Positions 61,781 through 64,000 of a stretch of DNA of 64,000 nt are shown one piece after another (within the stretch, counting starts at the first letter, position 1; each line of letters begins with the position of its first letter). The notes below the pieces were generated by a model, which had not been told where the DNA came from, did not search any database, and was given only the letters and a program-made list of their open reading frames with translations. Source of the stretch: Alphaproteobacteria bacterium (lineage in GTDB: Bacteria > Pseudomonadota > Alphaproteobacteria > UBA828); assembly GCA_963422645.2 (NCBI GenBank), contig CAXXVO010000004.1, positions 352,001 to 416,000 on the forward strand. The letters run 5' to 3'. A program made the translations under genes and the position numbers.

Positions 61781-63252
61781 CAGGGTTTTCCCTCCCGCAG
61801 CGGCCAGGGATTGGCGCGGGGCCAGGGCTCCGCCCTGTGCTCGGCAGCGTCCAGCGCCTCCTCCAGGGGCACGATGCGGTCCAAGTGGCCGCCGAGCGCC
61901 GCGAACTCGGCGCGGCTCAGCGTGAATTCGATGGGCGCGACCAGCGCCGGCGTCGGCACGTAGCCGAAGGCATCCGCCGGCATGCGGGTCACGTCCACCA
62001 TGAAGGTGATACCTCCGCCGGGCCAGACATGCACCGGCGCCCCGCCGGCGGTGACGCGGGTGAGCGCGTCCTTGATCGAGCGGGTGAGGCGCACCGGATT
62101 CTCGGTGACGCCAGCGCGCAGGCTCCCGCCTGCGCCCGCCATGAAAAGCACGGTGCAAAGCGCAGGCTCGCAGTTCTCCGCGATGCGGCCGACCACGGTC
62201 TCGATCGCATCCGGCATGGTGGCGGGCCGGGGCGTCAGGGTCTCGTCGAGCTCGAACCAGGCAGCGTCCTCGCCGGTGGTCGAGACCATGTGGAGCCTGA
62301 GGCCGGGCCAGGCCTTCTTCGGGTCGATCTTCTCGATGATCTCCAGCGGGTCGGCGATCTCGGTGGCGGCCCAGCCGCGCCCCTTGCGCGCCACCTGAAA
62401 GTAGCGCCCCGGCGTCGACCGCCGACCACGGATGCGGATGCCCGAGGGCGGCATGTCGAGGAAGCGCCCGGCCTGGTGCTCGGTGAGCACGCCGGTGATC
62501 TGGTCGTCTACCACGATCACCTCGTCCGCGTGGCCGTGCCACTGGCGGGCGAACATGCCCATGGCGGCCGAACCGCAGCCCGCCCGCATGCGCTCCTCTT
62601 GCTGACCGTCCACCACCGGCGCCGCGCCCGCCTGCACCACGAGCTCGGCACCGCCGTCCACGGTGAGCGTCGCGGGCTTGCCGTTGCAGAGGTCGAGCAA
62701 GGTGGCGCAAGTGACCGTGCCCTCGCGCTTGGAGCCGCCGGTGAAGTGCCGCACGCCGCCGAGGGAGAGCATTTGGGAGCCGTATTCGGCGGTGGTCATG
62801 TGGCCGATGGGCTCGCCGTCGGCCCGCACCGAGGCCTGCTCGGGGCCCACATGGCGGTCGGTGTCGATCTTCACCTTGACACCGCAGTAGCTGAAGATCC
62901 CTTCCGAGACGACGGTCACCATGTCCACGCCCGCCGCCTCGCTCGCGATGATGAAGGGCGCGGGCTTGTAGTCGGGATAGGTGGTGCCGGAGCCGATCCC
63001 GGTGACGAAGCGCTCAGGCTGCGCGACGACGCCCCCGTCCCAATCTTCCGCGCCGTCCAGGAAGGGCACCAGGGTCTCGGCCCGCTCGGTCACCAGCAGC
63101 GGGTCCACGCGGGTGAGCGTGCCGCCGACGTTGGCATAGCGGTCGCAGGCGCCGACCTTGCCCTCACGAATGCGGCAGAGCACCGGGCAGGCGTCGCAGC
63201 GGATGATCGAGCCCTCGCCCTTGGCCCGGCGCGCGGTCTTCTGGTCACTCAC
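61780..63252 (-). CDS. hnr: 6-hydroxynicotinate reductase-like protein
   Basis: IRCDACPVLC...GACDRYAN, TTYPDYKPAPFI, EGIFSYCG, MRAGCGSA, GSLRAG. Lies downstream of a Mo-enzyme gene. Confidence 0.82.
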   Translation of the reverse strand: MSDQKTARRAKGEGSIIRCDACPVLCRIREGKVGACDRYANVGGTLTRVDPLLVTERAETLVPFLDGAEDWDGGVVAQPERFVTGIGSGTTYPDYKPAPFIIASEAAGVDMVTVVSEGIFSYCGVKVKIDTDRHVGPEQASVRADGEPIGHMTTAEYGSQMLSLGGVRHFTGGSKREGTVTCATLLDLCNGKPATLTVDGGAELVVQAGAAPVVDGQQEERMRAGCGSAAMGMFARQWHGHADEVIVVDDQITGVLTEHQAGRFLDMPPSGIRIRGRRSTPGRYFQVARKGRGWAATEIADPLEIIEKIDPKKAWPGLRLHMVSTTGEDAAWFELDETLTPRPATMPDAIETVVGRIAENCEPALCTVLFMAGAGGSLRAGVTENPVRLTRSIKDALTRVTAGGAPVHVWPGGGITFMVDVTRMPADAFGYVPTPALVAPIEFTLSRAEFAALGGHLDRIVPLEEALDAAEHRAEPWPRANPWPLREGKP

Positions 63253-64000
63253 CGCCCAGCCTCCCGCTCGCGGAGCGCGCGGCGCAGGCGATGGGGCAGG
63301 GCAGGAACCCTGGTGACGCGCACGCCTGTCGCATGGCGGATCGCGCCCAGGATCGCCGACGCAGTGGGGATCAGGCCGGGCTCGCCTACGCCCTTGGCGC
63401 CGAAGGGGCCCAAGGGTTCCGGGTCCTCGACGATGATGACCTCGATCTCGGGCACGTCGCCGATGGTGGGGATCAGGTAGTCGTGCAGGTTCTCGGTCCG
63501 GCCGGGCAGGTATTCCTCCATCAGCGCGAAGCCGATGCCCTGGGCGATGCCGCCCTCGATCTGCCCTTCCACCTGGGTCGGGTTGATGGCGCGCCCGACA
63601 TCGTGGGCGGCATGGATGCGGACGGGCGTCACGGTCCCGAGCTCGGTGTCCACATCGACCACCGCGACCTGCGCGCCGAAGGCGTAGGTCGCGTAAGGCG
63701 TGCCCTGGCCCTTGGCATCGAGCGTCGTGGTCGGTGGATCGAAGCGGCCGACACCCTCCAGCACCACGCCCGCCGCGTCGGCCTTGAGTCGGGCGAGGTC
63801 GATCTCCACCCGCCGCCCGCCTTCGCGCACCACCACCTTGGCGCCCGCAAGCTCGATCGTGGCGTCGTCGGCGGCATTGGCCTCCCGCAGGATCGCGGCG
63901 CGGAGCGCGGCGCCCGCAAGCTCGGCCGCCTTGCCCGAGACGAAGGTCTGGCGGGAGGCCGAGGTCTTGCCCGCGTCCTCGGTCCAGTCCGTGTCGCCGA
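63249..64000 (-). CDS. Xanthine dehydrogenase-family molybdopterin subunit (nicotinate dehydrogenase-like), 5'-partial
   Basis: Frame open to the window edge: GKTSASRQTF, AHDVGRAINP, GQIEGG..QG, GPFGAKGVGEPG. Confidence 0.88.
   Translation of the reverse strand, partial: GDTDWTEDAGKTSASRQTFVSGKAAELAGAALRAAILREANAADDATIELAGAKVVVREGGRRVEIDLARLKADAAGVVLEGVGRFDPPTTTLDAKGQGTPYATYAFGAQVAVVDVDTELGTVTPVRIHAAHDVGRAINPTQVEGQIEGGIAQGIGFALMEEYLPGRTENLHDYLIPTIGDVPEIEVIIVEDPEPLGPFGAKGVGEPGLIPTASAILGAIRHATGVRVTRVPALPHRLRRALREREAGR

Noticed and set aside
60917-62710. 597-aa ORF suggesting a fusion to UPF0280
   Set aside because: The upstream part overlaps hnr in another frame. The real start is at 61780.

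Overview
GC-rich bacterial chromosome segment, most likely an alphaproteobacterium judging by gene content and protein signatures. From left to right: the end of a cobalamin cluster (cobJ-cobM, inverted cobK-cbiD, cobA, an SCO1/SenC gene, cobB); IS66-family copy 1; a class A PBP followed by gyrB-recF-dnaN-dnaA; a cyclitol/inositol catabolic locus (iolD, iolE, MocE-like ferredoxin, Hyi-like TIM barrel, PanB-like protein, sterol-desaturase-family enzyme, sugar ABC transporter, Afr-like oxidoreductase); RidA, rhodanese and PLP-enzyme genes with a 26-bp VNTR; a class II aldolase gene split by a 2474-bp IS4-family element whose transposase carries an N-terminal DUF4338/DruA-like (Mom/GNAT-like) domain; a small YHS-like gene split by IS66 copy 2; rlmE-ppx; tRNA-Gln(CTG); a trimethylamine dehydrogenase/GcvT-like/ABC locus with twin FadR-type operators; LytTR-DUF2141-carotenoid oxygenase; orphan ureE-ureG; an acyl-CoA ligase; and a nicotinate-type cluster (Mo enzyme, hnr, UPF0280, hydantoinase A/B). 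All calls come from reading motifs by eye; no database search or folding computation was run. The most notable items are the DUF4338-DDE fusion transposon, the structured non-coding tail and duplicated end of the IS66 element, and three unusual catabolic modules.
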